DNA of 58,602 nucleotides, counting the filler, from Trypethelium eluteriae (lineage: Eukaryota), in the NCBI GenBank assembly GCA_051942245.1. It is 2 parts of 2 records of this genome, joined end to end, with 100 filler letters (N's around TTAATTAATTAA, not from the genome) between each part and the next. Parts side by side here need not be neighbours in the genome. Positions count along the whole stretch, not along the records: positions 1 to 29,294 come from JAVECL010000296.1; positions 29,395 to 58,602 come from JAVECL010000297.1. The stretch is one strand, 5' to 3'. Below the pieces are notes generated by a model. It had not been told where the DNA came from and searched no databases. It saw only the letters and a list, made by a program, of their open reading frames with translations. Below, piece by piece: positions 26,899-39,068 of this stretch. The position numbers and the translations under genes are program-made. Position 1 is the stretch's first letter. Each line of letters begins with the position of its first letter.

Positions 26899-28751
26899 AC
26901 TTGAGATCCAGGGCAATTGCTAATTTGCCACTACTTTAGCGTGTAAAAGCTCTCTGGCAATATTTGAGCCGCAAGAAATAGCTAAAAATTAGCTGGGAAA
27001 ATTTAGGCAATTAATTCCATGCGCAAATAGCTCTGCTTCATCATGATTCCGTCTTGCACAGCAGTGCCGTCCAGAGAGCTCAGAGTGACCGAATCTTTTG
27101 ACGAGGACGCCATTTCGGGCTTACTAGAGACAGTCAGACATTAAATGACTGGAGACGTTCAACCGTCAGCGCTTACGGTATACACAATTTCATCCGAACC
27201 TAAATAGGACAAGACATTCTTTACAAGGTTAAGACCAGTACAATTCGTGAGAGTCGAAGGCGTGAACGGGTTGGTATTGCGAACCCGTTCCCACTGTTGG
27301 TGGTTGTTGTTGCGTTCGCTTGGATCCATCCTTACTCTACTCCAGTTCCCAACATGTTGCAAGTCCATTATTTGTTTTTACTCTATATGATAGACCGACT
27401 AGCGAGTCACTCTATCATCAGAGTCCAGTCTCCGCCTCATAAACCAACTAACGTCAGCAAAACGTCCTCTCAAATAAGATTGGCAGGTTCACAACATTTG
27501 GCCTTAGAGATATTACTGGAAGGACCTCCCCAGCTCTTTTGAGGTTTACATTCACAACTTCATCTTGAGTCCTATTTCTCTTCCTATTGAACGTTTAAGC
27601 GCCGTCCTGCATAAGTTATGTATCTTGTGAACCTTCCTTCCTTACTAGTACTCAGTCCTTTTGTATCTGGGTTGTCAACCGGGTGCGGAAGTCCCAATCG
27701 CCAAAGCAGAGATTTCCCCTCGCCCGCCACTGTGCCCCAAGCTCGAGCACAATTCACTTTTAATCAAGGGTTCACCCATAGGTCCTCTGAAGATCAAGGA
27801 TCCGCGGAATGGCTATGGTCGAGTCTGAAGCTAGGTAACTTCGGATATTCCCAGGCGTTTGAGAATCAGACGAACGACATACCTATAAATCCGGAGGAAC
27901 ACTAGAATATGGAACTGGGTTGAATACTTTTCTCGACTTCTAGACTGTACACAGACTTGATCCGTTTATGCGGCTTGAATTGTGCCGAGTCTTGAAGCAC
28001 TGCATCTGTTACTCGAACCTTGCTATTGTGCCTCTCGTTGGCCTTAATTCTTTGCTGGCATCCTCTCTGGTACGTATTTGGCCGGATTTTGCCTGTCGGT
28101 CCCTATACGAAACATACCTCGCGAGGTTTTCCGGCGGTTCCGGACGACGAGCGGGAGTGAGATCCATTGTGGGTCGCTTGTCCGAAGGAAGAGAAAGGCG
28201 TAAAACATGCCTAATCTTTGACTCTGCTTGGGCCGCTTTGGCAGGCGTTGGGTAGAGACAGCATGTTGAGAGATCTAAATTTTTTAGAATACGGATAACG
28301 ACGGATAACGAGTGCGTCAAAGTTTGTTGTTCACTTTCATTCAAGCATATAACCATTCATCTGCATTGCGAGCATAGTTGAAACTAGCAGATTACAATTG
28401 CTTACATTTTCTTTGCAGTCTCGCTATCAAGCAACTGAAGCTACACTGATGACAACTGACCCTGATTGTCCTCATGCATGAACACCCTCAATGCAACAGG
28501 AAAAGTGTGACCGCAAACTAAACGTCTCTGCCTTGAGTCTCCGAACGCCGCGCATGAATATTGGGAGACCGGAAAGGAAGGAAAACTCCTTGGTATCCGC
28601 AAAAAAGATGCAAACTGCAATAGATTCTGAAAAGCAACCCGCAGTTCCACGCCTATACTTACACCACTTCCAGGCCAACTTCCGAAGTGACCTTCGTTGT
28701 GCGTACATCCGTGCTCGATAACTCTCCCATTCTTCGACTTGACACCCTTCA

Positions 28752-29294
28752 CTACTTGCTAGAAAGCTTCAATTTGAAGCTCTTCTTCTTCTCCAGCGTC
28801 GGCTTCTCCCCACTATGCTTCGGCTTCTCTGGCGTCCTGCTCTTCTTGATAGTCTTCTCCTTGCCATCAACCATCTCCCCTCCATTTGCCGCGCGCTTTC
28901 TCTTCCCAGCTCCAGCTCCAGCTCCAGCTCCAGCCCCATTGCCATTCCCATTCCACTCCCGACTCGCAATCGACGCCCTCTCCTCCTTAACCACAGCTCC
29001 AGGAGATCCCACATCACATCCACCCGACATGGAAACATCCCCATCTCCATCCACCCCCGCACACGCTCCCATCGCCCGAAAATCCGACACCATCCCCCCA
29101 GCCGCTTCGCCTCCTCCTCCTCCAATAACTCTAAAATCCGCAGCCCCAGCCACCGCTCCCCCTCCTCCAGCACTCGTATCCACGGCCCCAGCCGCCGCTC
29201 GAAAATCTCCCACCGCGGTCGCCGGCGCTGGCATCGCAAACGTCCGGAACCCAGCCGGACTCTGGCTCAAGCTTCCCGGCGACGCGGCATACTC
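28752..29294 (-). CDS. 3' fragment of a gene truncated by the assembly gap (Gly/Ala-rich, basic NLS-like C-terminus)
   Basis: Frame open from the gap to the stop at 28752. Contains 'DFR' repeats, 'GKRKRAA' and ends 'KKKSFKLKLSSK*'. Confidence 0.6.
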   Translation of the reverse strand, partial: EYAASPGSLSQSPAGFRTFAMPAPATAVGDFRAAAGAVDTSAGGGGAVAGAADFRVIGGGGGEAAGGMVSDFRAMGACAGVDGDGDVSMSGGCDVGSPGAVVKEERASIASREWNGNGNGAGAGAGAGAGKRKRAANGGEMVDGKEKTIKKSRTPEKPKHSGEKPTLEKKKSFKLKLSSK

Positions 29295-29394
29295 NNNNNN
29301 NNNNNNNNNNNNNNNNNNNNNNNNNNNNNNNNNNNNNNTTAATTAATTAANNNNNNNNNNNNNNNNNNNNNNNNNNNNNNNNNNNNNNNNNNNN
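29295..29394. other. Artificial scaffold/contig linker
   Basis: Exactly 44 N + TTAATTAATTAA (stops in all six frames) + 44 N = 100 nt. Confidence 0.97.
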
Positions 29395-29734
29395 GGTGGT
29401 GGTGCTGGAGGTGCGGAGCTGAGTACGAGGGTGAGGAGTCGAAGTGTGGCGGGTGATAGGCAGTATACGGCGGATGGAAGGCCGATTATGCATTTCTGTA
29501 AGTGGAATTCTTGCACCGCGTCGGTGGTATGCCCCGTCTGGATATCGGCTAACGTGATTGGTAGCTCGTGCTATGTACATGTACCAGGCGGCTATACCCG
29601 AGGAGTTACCGTTTGCTAAGGGCGATGTTCTTGCGATATTACGGCATCAAGACGATGGGTGGTGGGAGGCTGAAGTGGTCGGAAAGCAGGGTCGGATCGG
29701 TCTGGTTCCCAGTAACTATCTTGTCAATTGTTAA
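29395..29734 (+). CDS. 3' fragment of a Cdc15/Hof1-type F-BAR septation protein (C-terminal SH3 domain)
   Basis: 'RSRSVAGDRQYTADGRPIMHF', intron at ~29498-29564, then 'RAMYMYQAAIPEELPFAKGDVLAILRHQDDGWWEAEVVGKQGRIGLVPSNYLVNC*'. Confidence 0.85.
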
Positions 29735-31537
29735 ATGGGTCCATTAGCAACTGGTGTTGGTGTGCATAGTTGTGTCATAGTTTCCTGCATGAAATTGGGA
29801 AATTTGTGTTTACTGAAATTTGCCAGTACTGTTGGTACCTTACTAAGGTCCGAATATGAGATGGCTTGTTCGTCAGCCGTGTTGTCGATACTGAAAGACT
29901 GCTCTCCCCAACGAGCGATCCACGTACCTGGGCTGATAAGATCATTGTGAACCCCTGCTGATCCATGGGCGTGGATACCTGGTATGCTCCTATTGGAGCC
30001 TTACCCCGAGTAATCCTTACTTCAGGCAAAAGAAGAGAGATTACGAGGCAGAGTAACATAAGAATATTATAGGCGACAGCCCGAACCTTGCGCTAAGGCC
30101 ACGACTCTCTTTCTATGATAAGCTATAGGGATTGAAAGACGTGGACAAAGCCCGTAGAAAGAGGAATATGAGTAACAGCGGGAAAAGGTTCTCATGTAAT
30201 GAGTTCACTTCGAACCGCTGCGGAGATTGGGTTAACACATAAGCAGTTAAGATACCCACATTCCCAGCAAACCTGCTTATCTGTCGGTTTGGATATAGGG
30301 GAGACTTAGCCACATTGCCCTTGAGGCAGTGCCATTGAAATGTAGAGAGTTAACCAAGTGCCCGACAAGCCATTGGTAGAGCGTTTCGGGAACGAAATAC
30401 TGTTTGGCTAGGACAGCCATATCCAGGCAAAAGAAGCGCTAAGGAGAAGCATGAGTCTGCGTCAGTTGTTGGTCATATCACCCACCTATCGTAAAGCGAT
30501 CCGATAGGATCTCTAGGATCTCACGGTGTGGCAATGAGAGAACATCGCGCCTTTCCTACCTTATCCAATACATTCCGCAGTCGCAAAGCCGCAGCGCATT
30601 CTGCGAATTTGGGTGCATGAGCTGATGAATATGCAAAGGTGTCGTGAGCATTATCATACTGGTCAAGTAGTCTGTATGTTGAGCACTGTGGATAATTGAA
30701 CAAGGCCACACAATTCATAGTCTTGATCTCAGATAGAAAATCACACGAGGGCTAGAAGCTACATTGCAACAAGCGAAAATTCTCTTGGAGGTTGTGTCTT
30801 TTTATTTCAATTCTGATTGAATCTAAGAGAAACTTACTCGGCCTGAAGGTTTCACGGGACGCAAAGCTGGGGAGAGAGTGTGGGTGTACAGACGTTGGAA
30901 GTTGGACCAGGTAAGAAAACTAAGCAGCCAACAAAGGCGAATCCCGATTCGAGCTTCGCATCAGCACCTTATTTCCCATCTGTCAATACTTTCTCCTTTC
31001 CGTATTTAGAAAAGGAAGCATTAAGGAAGAGTGGCATTACTCCGTGCCCCAATTAACAGATACCTAACTGAGGTATTATTCCCTCTGTGCCTCTTCCACA
31101 GACAGACTGTCTCAGGGTCTAGGCGCTTACTAAAGGAGGAAGGACTGGAATGAGTAGCACCTTAGGTAGTGGAAGTGATTACGGCCAAGCAGAGCCAAGT
31201 GTTTGTCGTGCTAGTCGGGTTATGGTGTAGACCAAGTCTGAGGTGTCGACCAGGGCCCCGGATGAGACGATTTTACTTGGGTAACTAAATTCACGTCACG
31301 ACATCATGCTAGCGCCAAGTCCAACCCTCATATATGAATGCGGCACTTTCCTGCCACTGCTCTTGTGTTTCAGCTAGACCTTCTCAGATACTTATAGTCA
31401 CTCCCTTGGGTGCCTCAGTTGGCGATCGGTTCGTCCTCCAGAATATCTGTTCGTGGCATACGTCCCACTCTCGGCTTCTTTCACTCCCTGTTTACTACAC
31501 CGAAGACATATCGTACTACATTCGTCGATCCGCCAAA

Positions 31538-31783
31538 ATGAAGGTCACCACCGTCTCGCTGGTCTCACTTGCTGCCGTTGGAACCGTTGGAGCTTTACCT
31601 GTTATGAACATCCGGTCTCTCATATCTCGCGCAAATCTTGCTCCTCAGTCGAACGAAGGATACAATGCCAAGAGCGTGGGTGGGTACACCTCAACTGCGG
31701 TCTCGTATCTGGATCCGAAGCATGATTCCCGCGATGCTCTCAAGAAGGCTCTCAGCAATCCCAGCCATGCCTATAATGATTGA
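31538..31783 (+). CDS. Small secreted protein, 81 aa
   Basis: Strong start context gccaaaATG. Signal peptide MKVTTVSLVSLAAVGTVGA followed by LP, a typical fungal mature N-terminus. No Cys. Confidence 0.65.
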   Translation: MKVTTVSLVSLAAVGTVGALPVMNIRSLISRANLAPQSNEGYNAKSVGGYTSTAVSYLDPKHDSRDALKKALSNPSHAYND

Positions 31784-32983
31784 TCGACCTTTCACATTCA
31801 AGAACGACTGAATCAAATGAAGCCTGTTTTGACGTGACGATGGCACATGCATGGTGTCGGAACGGGAGCGAAAACGGTTTCTACTTGCGGCATAGTTCCG
31901 ACCCACTACGAAATCACCTCATCGTTACCCAATTGCGTAAATCAGCACCGGCGAATATTCATCACAGGAAGACGTAATCGATTGCGAGTCTAAGGCTTAA
32001 AATGGTCGTTTTACTGCTGGACAGGACCTAATTCCCTTCTTCCAACCACTAAACGTCTATCCTACGACTTCAATTCGCCCCAGAGCATGAGTGCTCCCGG
32101 TTCCGAGAGCACATCGGGTAGCGCACTCCTCGGCGAGAAAAGGGACGGCTTGGGGACTGGAGCGCAGAGCATACAGAGTAGCGCATGCAAGCATCGCAAG
32201 AACGAAATCGCTGTGCTTTCGTGCGGCCCCGCATAGCTTGAGAGGGCGGTGAGCCGAAGTTGTTAGAAGGTCGAGGTCCAATACTTCTTGACGGAGAATC
32301 TTCATGTAACCATGAAGCTTATAAAGTGATTCAATCCTAGCATCAATCGAGTAGTTACTATGGCAATGTATCTATACGTACTGTGCTGAGTGACACCTTT
32401 TCATGTCTTGTTAACAAATTTTTCTCTCTTCCAGTAGCCTTTACCTCAAGTAGCAATCTTTTAAACATGGTGTAAATGTCGTAATTTTTACCTCGGTCTC
32501 AGATCAGATATGCAGGATTTTGGAAATCCGGAGTGAGCGTTTGCAGACAGGAAATGAGTTTCCAACAAATCCAACCAGCCTTACTGGTCGGCGGTATTCT
32601 GTCGGTGATTCCGTTTCAAGCTGTCCCGAAAACAACTCGCATCCCTGCACCGGATCACAAATGCCAAGCTTTCCGTTTCTCTCGATCTCCACGCCAAGAA
32701 AGTCATGCAAGAAATGCCGCGCGCCGCGTGCAACGTCTCGTGTCATGGAATCTTCCTGTAGGCACCGAAGATTTCCAAACACTAAAGCCCGCCTCCTGAA
32801 GTTCCAAGAGAAAATTTCAAGGCATCGAAACTCGGTTTCCAGGAAACATACCTCAGGCTTGACGACCCAACGACGATTCAGTCTGTTGGTGTGAATACCT
32901 AGGCGATGCGTCCTTGTCATCCCCCTTGCAATAGATCTGATCCCATACCAACACGCATTATTTCGCGCATTCGTGTAACATGC

Positions 32984-35102
32984 TTAATGGGGATACAGAT
33001 TACTCGAATGATACCGGCAGCTCAACGCATGCGCTGTATTCCCCACCGCCTTGATTTCCTTATAATCCGCAAGGCAGATCCAGCAAAATTGGTGTCGGCA
33101 CTTTCGGCCTATTGGATTCGCACACTCTGTGTCAGCCGAAACCAATATTCCTCAATTTCGCTTCCCACATGCCCAAGGCGTTTCAAAGAGAAACAACCCC
33201 TCTCGCGCAAGAAGATTCAGCCAAGTAGAAAGAGAAAAACTCACAAGTCATATGATCACACCCTTCGCTCTTCTCAATCCCCCACCCACACACCTTCCCC
33301 TTCGGACCCGGACACTGCTTCACCGTCCGCTCCATCAACCTCTTGGTGCTCTCCTCCTCCTCCCTCTTGCGCTTCTGCTCCTCATCCCGCTGCTGCTGCC
33401 CGCTGATCCGATAGTCATACTGCGTGCACGTCTCGCCGTGGTGCCACGCCACAAGGTGCGTCGTGCAATGCTCGTAGTGGCATGCCGTGCACACGAACTG
33501 CGGTCCACCGTCGGGAATGTGGATCTGGCCAGAGGGACAGCCGGGCGCGATGCACCAGCGGAAGTTGGGGTCGTGAGAGAGGAGAGAGCGGGTACTGAGG
33601 GTGTCGTAGCTGTGCGCGACGGTATATTAGATCACAGGAAGAAAAAGAGATTTGGGACTGGTGACCTACCGTATGAAGAGGTCGGGTTCCGCGGCGGCTA
33701 GCATGTCGGCGTGGTGGAGGAGTTCCGGGCACTGAGGGCATTTAATGTGCTCCCAGCCGTTTGTATCGAACTCCATCTCGACCCAATGCTGAAGACAGTT
33801 GTGACAGGTCTCGACTGGGTGGGCGCATCGCGAGGTGGGAGGTTGGACGTGGAAATCGAGAACGTGCAAGTCGTCGGTGCAGATGATGCATGTCTTTGTT
33901 CTAGACTGTTCTTGCTGTCTCTGATGTTCTTCTTCTTCCTCTTGTTGGAGCTTTAAGCTTAGCTCGTGATCAAGTATTTCTTGCCGCTTGGATAGCATTG
34001 CATCGGAGTGGAGCTGAGTCTGAGGCTCCCTCGCATAAGTATCGCTGTCACTTGCTCGCTCTACTAGGCTCGAGTCTGCAGTTGTGATTGAGCATGGTGT
34101 TGCGCTGTACCACGAAAGCTCATTCAAGTTTGCGTTTATCATAGATCCAGGTGCTCCCCAAATAAGCCCTGATGCAGTTACGCCTGCTGAGGCAGAGTTG
34201 GCATCCATCTTCAGAGTCTCTAACGTGGACGCGGGAAGATCTCTCTGTTGCGGCGATCTTTGTGATCTGTTGCGTGAAGTCAACGTATCCCTGAGGCCTT
34301 CGGCGAGAGCCTCCGCAGGGTTTGGTGAGCCCAAAGGCCACTGTCGCTGTGGTAAATCTAGCGGCCATTGCCGTTCGGATGAGTGAGAGCTGCCTGCCGT
34401 TTGATTAGATACAAACGAGTTATGAGGACTTGCTGTAAAATAAGTTGAGTCCCTGCTTGCAGACTCTTGGGAATGCCTGGAAAGATCTATCGGTTCATCC
34501 ACAATACTCCCAGAATCACGTCTCTCGAATGCAGTGTCCTGAGAACCATTTTTCCTACGCAAGACAGCCAGAGGAGCCTTAGCGCATATAGACGCCCGAT
34601 GCAAAGCATTTCTCCTGCGCAACTTTCCGGGTTTGAAATTGTTGTCATATTTTGGAATCGTCTCAGGCGATTCCCAGTCCCAGTCCGTACTCCCGACTGG
34701 AGACACATTTGATGCAAACGGAGAAATCATAGGGGCTTGATCATCTACGGGGCCTTCATTGACCGCATGCATTTGCTCTCGATTCCAAACTTGTCTTTCA
34801 ATATTACCGATGTCGGGGCCAGTCCCATGAGTCACCGTCTCCAGGCGTAATTTTGGTAGCAGAGGCTCTGTTGCTTCCAGAGGGTGGCCATCGGCTTCGG
34901 AGATGACGTGAAATGGGAGCTGCCTTTTTGCAGGACTCTTTCCTTGTCGCTTATTCCACTTTTTGATTTGATTTTGTAGGAAACCTGTTTTTTCGGTACT
35001 GTAGCAGATTTGCCTGGGGCCAGCAAGGCCCTTCAAATGCTTCTCCCGCAATGGTGGTCCCCAAACATCCTCGGTCTTGTGAAAGGTTGGAGATGCTGCC
35101 AT
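32984..35102 (-). CDS. RBR (RING-IBR-RING) E3 ubiquitin ligase with long disordered N-terminus
   Basis: RING1 'CIICTDD...RCAHPVETCHNCLQHW...IKCPQC'. IBR 'FRWCIAPGCPSGQIH...CTACHYEHCTTHLVAWHHGETC'. RING2 'KQCPG...[23 protein letters not shown]'. Two introns. Start Met uncertain. Confidence 0.9.
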
Positions 35103-36058
35103 CTGAGAAGACCTGGAGTATTGGAAAAGCACCGACTGTTGAACAATGAATTTGCAGAGAAGCAGCAAGAAGGGGCAGGGGCAGATTGAACTTTACAATG
35201 AACGGCTATTAATCCACTCAAGCCATGTGCAGCCTTTTCACAGCCATGGCTGTGTAATAAGAGCCTGGTTGGAAGCTTGCTAGGTACGCAACTCTTATCG
35301 ATCACGGCAGGGGAGCTTGGTATAACTGAACCTCAATGGACAGCCTGAGGGCAGCCTGAAGAGTGCCTTGCCCCACGCTTCGGTGGTACACAGTCACACA
35401 ATCGTGGAATTCTGGATCCTGTGATATGATTACTCATAACCAGTTCCTGATTTGGTAGCAACCGAATTCATGAATGGAGCCACGCATGCGTACGGTACCT
35501 AAGGTACGCATTCGAAATATGGAATGACACCCGCTGGTAAGAGTATCAACCTACCGCGATACACACCACGCATGACTTCATGCACAAACCAGCCCTCGTT
35601 AAAAGGCCAGGCCGATACGGCGCTGAAGGCGCATTTTGAAGACGCTGCGTTTGGTCATGCAAGGAAGAAGAATGCCTGAGCTGAAGTTATTCGGTGATGA
35701 TAGATGTTGTAGGGGATACTACATGTAGACGGAGCAAGGGCGAAGGAGCTACGACTTACCGCATTTGGACTTAGTGCAGCACACTTCTTGCCCAGCCTCC
35801 CAGCCTTAGGCATAATATGTAGGTCATAGCTCTCAAGGGCTTCAAATAGTCTGAATACATAACATGGGGCTCATTACGGTCTGCTTCAAGACAGGCCTCT
35901 ATGTCTATAACTTTAGCGTGACGTCGCAAAAATCTACCAGACAGCCACCATAACGCACTACAAACCCCTAACTAATGAACTCCGTCCAGTGCCTGGCCTG
36001 CAATTAGTACTATCCTACAATCGCCCCCCATATCGCAATTGAGAGATCTGCTAACCTT

Positions 36059-39000
36059 CTATCTCTGCCTGCCTCTCCTGAATTGATCATAACTCGTGTC
36101 ATCCAGATCCCTCGTACCGCCACCCGGCACGAGCGAACTAGGCATCGGAGCCGCATTCCTCAACAGCGTGCCCCTCCCACTACCGTTTGTCTCCACTCTA
36201 TCCAGTGTCGGTCCTCTACTCATGCTTCTTGAATCCGACTCGTAGCTTGGAGCAGGACTTGCCTCCCGTAGCGCGCTGGGTGTCTGGTGATAACCGGCCG
36301 GGTATGTGGTACCGGCTCCGCCTGCAAATTCCCGTCCCGCGCTGGCCACACTGCTAGATCTCGATCCGCTCTGATTGCGGCTCCCTGGCTTGCTGTGTCC
36401 GGGCGTCCAGCTATCGGGTGTATCAGGTCGAGAGTAGAGCCCACCTTCACCTCCATGGTCCTCGCGGAAATCCTCGCGGTCCTTGAAGTTGGCAAAATCC
36501 ATCTCGGACTCAGCAACGAATTGGAAAGGACCATCTGGCTCGTCATCTCTCTTTCCGGGATGCTTCTGCGACATCGGGTTCATGTAGATATCGCCGTATC
36601 CACCATTTCCATCCATGTCAAGATCGGCGCTGAGACGGCCACGGTAAACTTCCTTCAGTAAGTGTTGTGACTTCTCTGCTACCATGGGAACAATGAGCGG
36701 TTTGTATAAAGCAGGATGGCCGAACTTGACGGCAACACGGTCACTTCGGCGAGTCTTCTTGTCGGAGGAAGCTAGATCTGGATCCCTGTCTGCGGCCTCA
36801 CCCCTTGTATAGAAGTCGATGCTATCGTCAAAAGACCGTTTGCAATACCACTTGAAAGCACCGAGTAGGAATGGGAGCGGCGCAAGAGCAGCCAACATGG
36901 CCCACCTTACATTTCCGTCTTGAGGCCCGACGACAACGGCAATGACGAGATTGCCAAGGAATGTAGCGAATAGAAAGCGGTTGAAAACCGTCCGCCAGTA
37001 TTTTCCACCGGATTCGTACTTGGTGATGAAGATATACATAAGCATGTATTTCTTCATATAACTATCCAGAGCAAAATAGAGGCCAGCAATGGGGAGACAA
37101 AGGGGCTGCAGAGTAGCAAAACAGATGGCAACCGTGGCATAGAACAGGAAGGAATTGTAGTAGTCGACAAACTCAAACGGCGGTGGCGCAGTTAGCTCAA
37201 TCAACTGTCGCGGAGTTGGACTGGTGAACCTCCGTCGGAAGTATCCCCAAGCCAACGTCCAGGCTTGAGAAAGGTCAAGTGCGGCAGACCAGCTTCGCTG
37301 GAGCAAGAACGTCAGCCAATATGTAGTCGTACTGCAAAGAGTCACCACAAGGTTGTGTATGACATGTTGATTCTTGACCGCTTCGAAACCGTCTTGGTTG
37401 TTCTTTTTGGCTGCGATGACTGCAGCGAAGAAGGCCCAGACCGCCGAGAAAATCGAGAAAACGATGAGGTTGTTGAAAACGAAGAAGCCGTAGACCTTTG
37501 CGAGGACGTGTCTCTCGCGAGACGTCTTACTGAGGTCTCCCGCATGTGTTGCCATTCGTCGGATCATGGCGGGAAGGCCAAGGTAAAATAGTGCCGATAC
37601 CAACGGCGCAGCAATACCCTGAACAACAGCCCAGAATTGTGGCTCGGCCTTCAAAGTTTTGTTGAAGCCCGGCCACACCATTCCTAGATGGGATAAATTG
37701 GACAGGAAGACTGAAGTCAGCGCGTTGGGAACGATGAAAATGAGACTGAAGATGACCATCCAGCCATTCAGGAAGATATTCCGTGTCTTCCGAGTCTTGG
37801 GTTCCATGGCAAGATTTTTCCAGATCAAGTCATGCGGCTTTGGTGAGAGAATTATTTTGCTACCCTGGGGATATCTTCCACGTCCGACATAAGCAACGCT
37901 GTGTGCTAGCTCAATACTGTCGAAACTTGCGAAGCCGTATGGCATTGCATCTCGTTTGTCAACGGATTGTCGGACTTCTTTAATCTCCGTCTCCAACTCC
38001 TTCACTCGAGAGGTGAGGTAGTCGATGGCGTCCACTTTCTGATTGTGGGAGCGGGATTTATCTTTCTTCGAAGGTTTACACATAGGTCGCTTCGCAGGTA
38101 ATTTGTCAGGGTTCTTGAGGTATTTGGCGAGATATCCCTCGAGCTCGAGTACTGCGTCCTCATGTTCTTCAATAAGATCGGGCAGATCCTTGACGTTGCG
38201 CGCGATAGCGGCTCGAGGAATTTCGTTAACATTTCGAACTTCATCGATAAGCCTTACAACGCCTTCATCGGTCCGATATTCTCGAGGAATGTTTGTGACC
38301 TAAATTGGTTAGCAAGCGCGGCTAAATTATCAACGAACGTATGTACCATAAGACTACGAGCGTGAAGACCCTTCTGGTATTCGGCGCTCTGGAAATAATT
38401 CCTTCTGAGACGTAGTATAGCCCGATAATTAGACCAGAGGAAGTAGCAAATGATGATATCGAATAGATATGCGCAGACCACGAATGCCCAGAAATAGTTC
38501 CCGGCGACATACTGCGGAGTCAACTTCATGAATGCCGAGACGTCATCAAATGATTGGCCGTGGCCGCCCGCAAAGCCGCCCTTGATATTCACTGGTATCA
38601 CGATTGCGCAGCCTACGATACTGAGCACAGCAAACATATTCCGGCACATATGTGTGAATCGCAGGAATACAACAGCATCCAAACCAATCTTGTCGACCAG
38701 GTGCTGCTCTCTCGTTTTCGTAACCGGGACAACCCAATCTGTGATTCCCTTTCCAATCGGTGGAGGAGCATGCTTTTGGTCGGCATGACGAAGTTTAGGC
38801 GCGTACGTGATGGCGTTGTAGGGCCGGAGCAGGGAGAAGGCCAGCGTAATTAAGACGGTAAGTCCAACGGAAACGCCGAGGGCAGACAGAAAAGCAGAGG
38901 ATTGGATCTTGGTATCGTCAGATTTCCATTCTATCGATGTTTTCCAAGACTCGTATCTCCATCACTCACCTGACTCGAAAAGGGATCGGCGATAAGACTG

Positions 39001-39068
39001 AGGAATATATCTGTACTGCTTTGTTGGGACTGTCTCGGTAAAAGACCATGGGTTGTGCTGGGCTCCAT
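36059..39068 (-). CDS. CSC1/OSCA/TMEM63 (DUF221) stress-gated cation channel
   Basis: 'FSLLRPYNAITYAPKLRH', 'GLDAVVFLRF', 'YGFASF', 'PKPHDLIWKNL', multiple hydrophobic helices and 'TKYESGG..W'. Two introns near 38969-38908 and 38345-38299. Confidence 0.92.

Noticed and set aside
29339..29350. TTAATTAATTAA palindrome as a piggyBac-type TTAA site or regulatory element
   Set aside because: Centred in symmetric N runs, so it is an assembly linker.
32057..32920. Overlapping 80-140 aa ORFs with CxxC-like motifs
   Set aside because: No complete zinc-binding pattern or consistent gene model.
10103..35102. Functional linkage of the E2 and the RBR E3
   Set aside because: More than 20 kb apart and separated by an unresolved assembly join.
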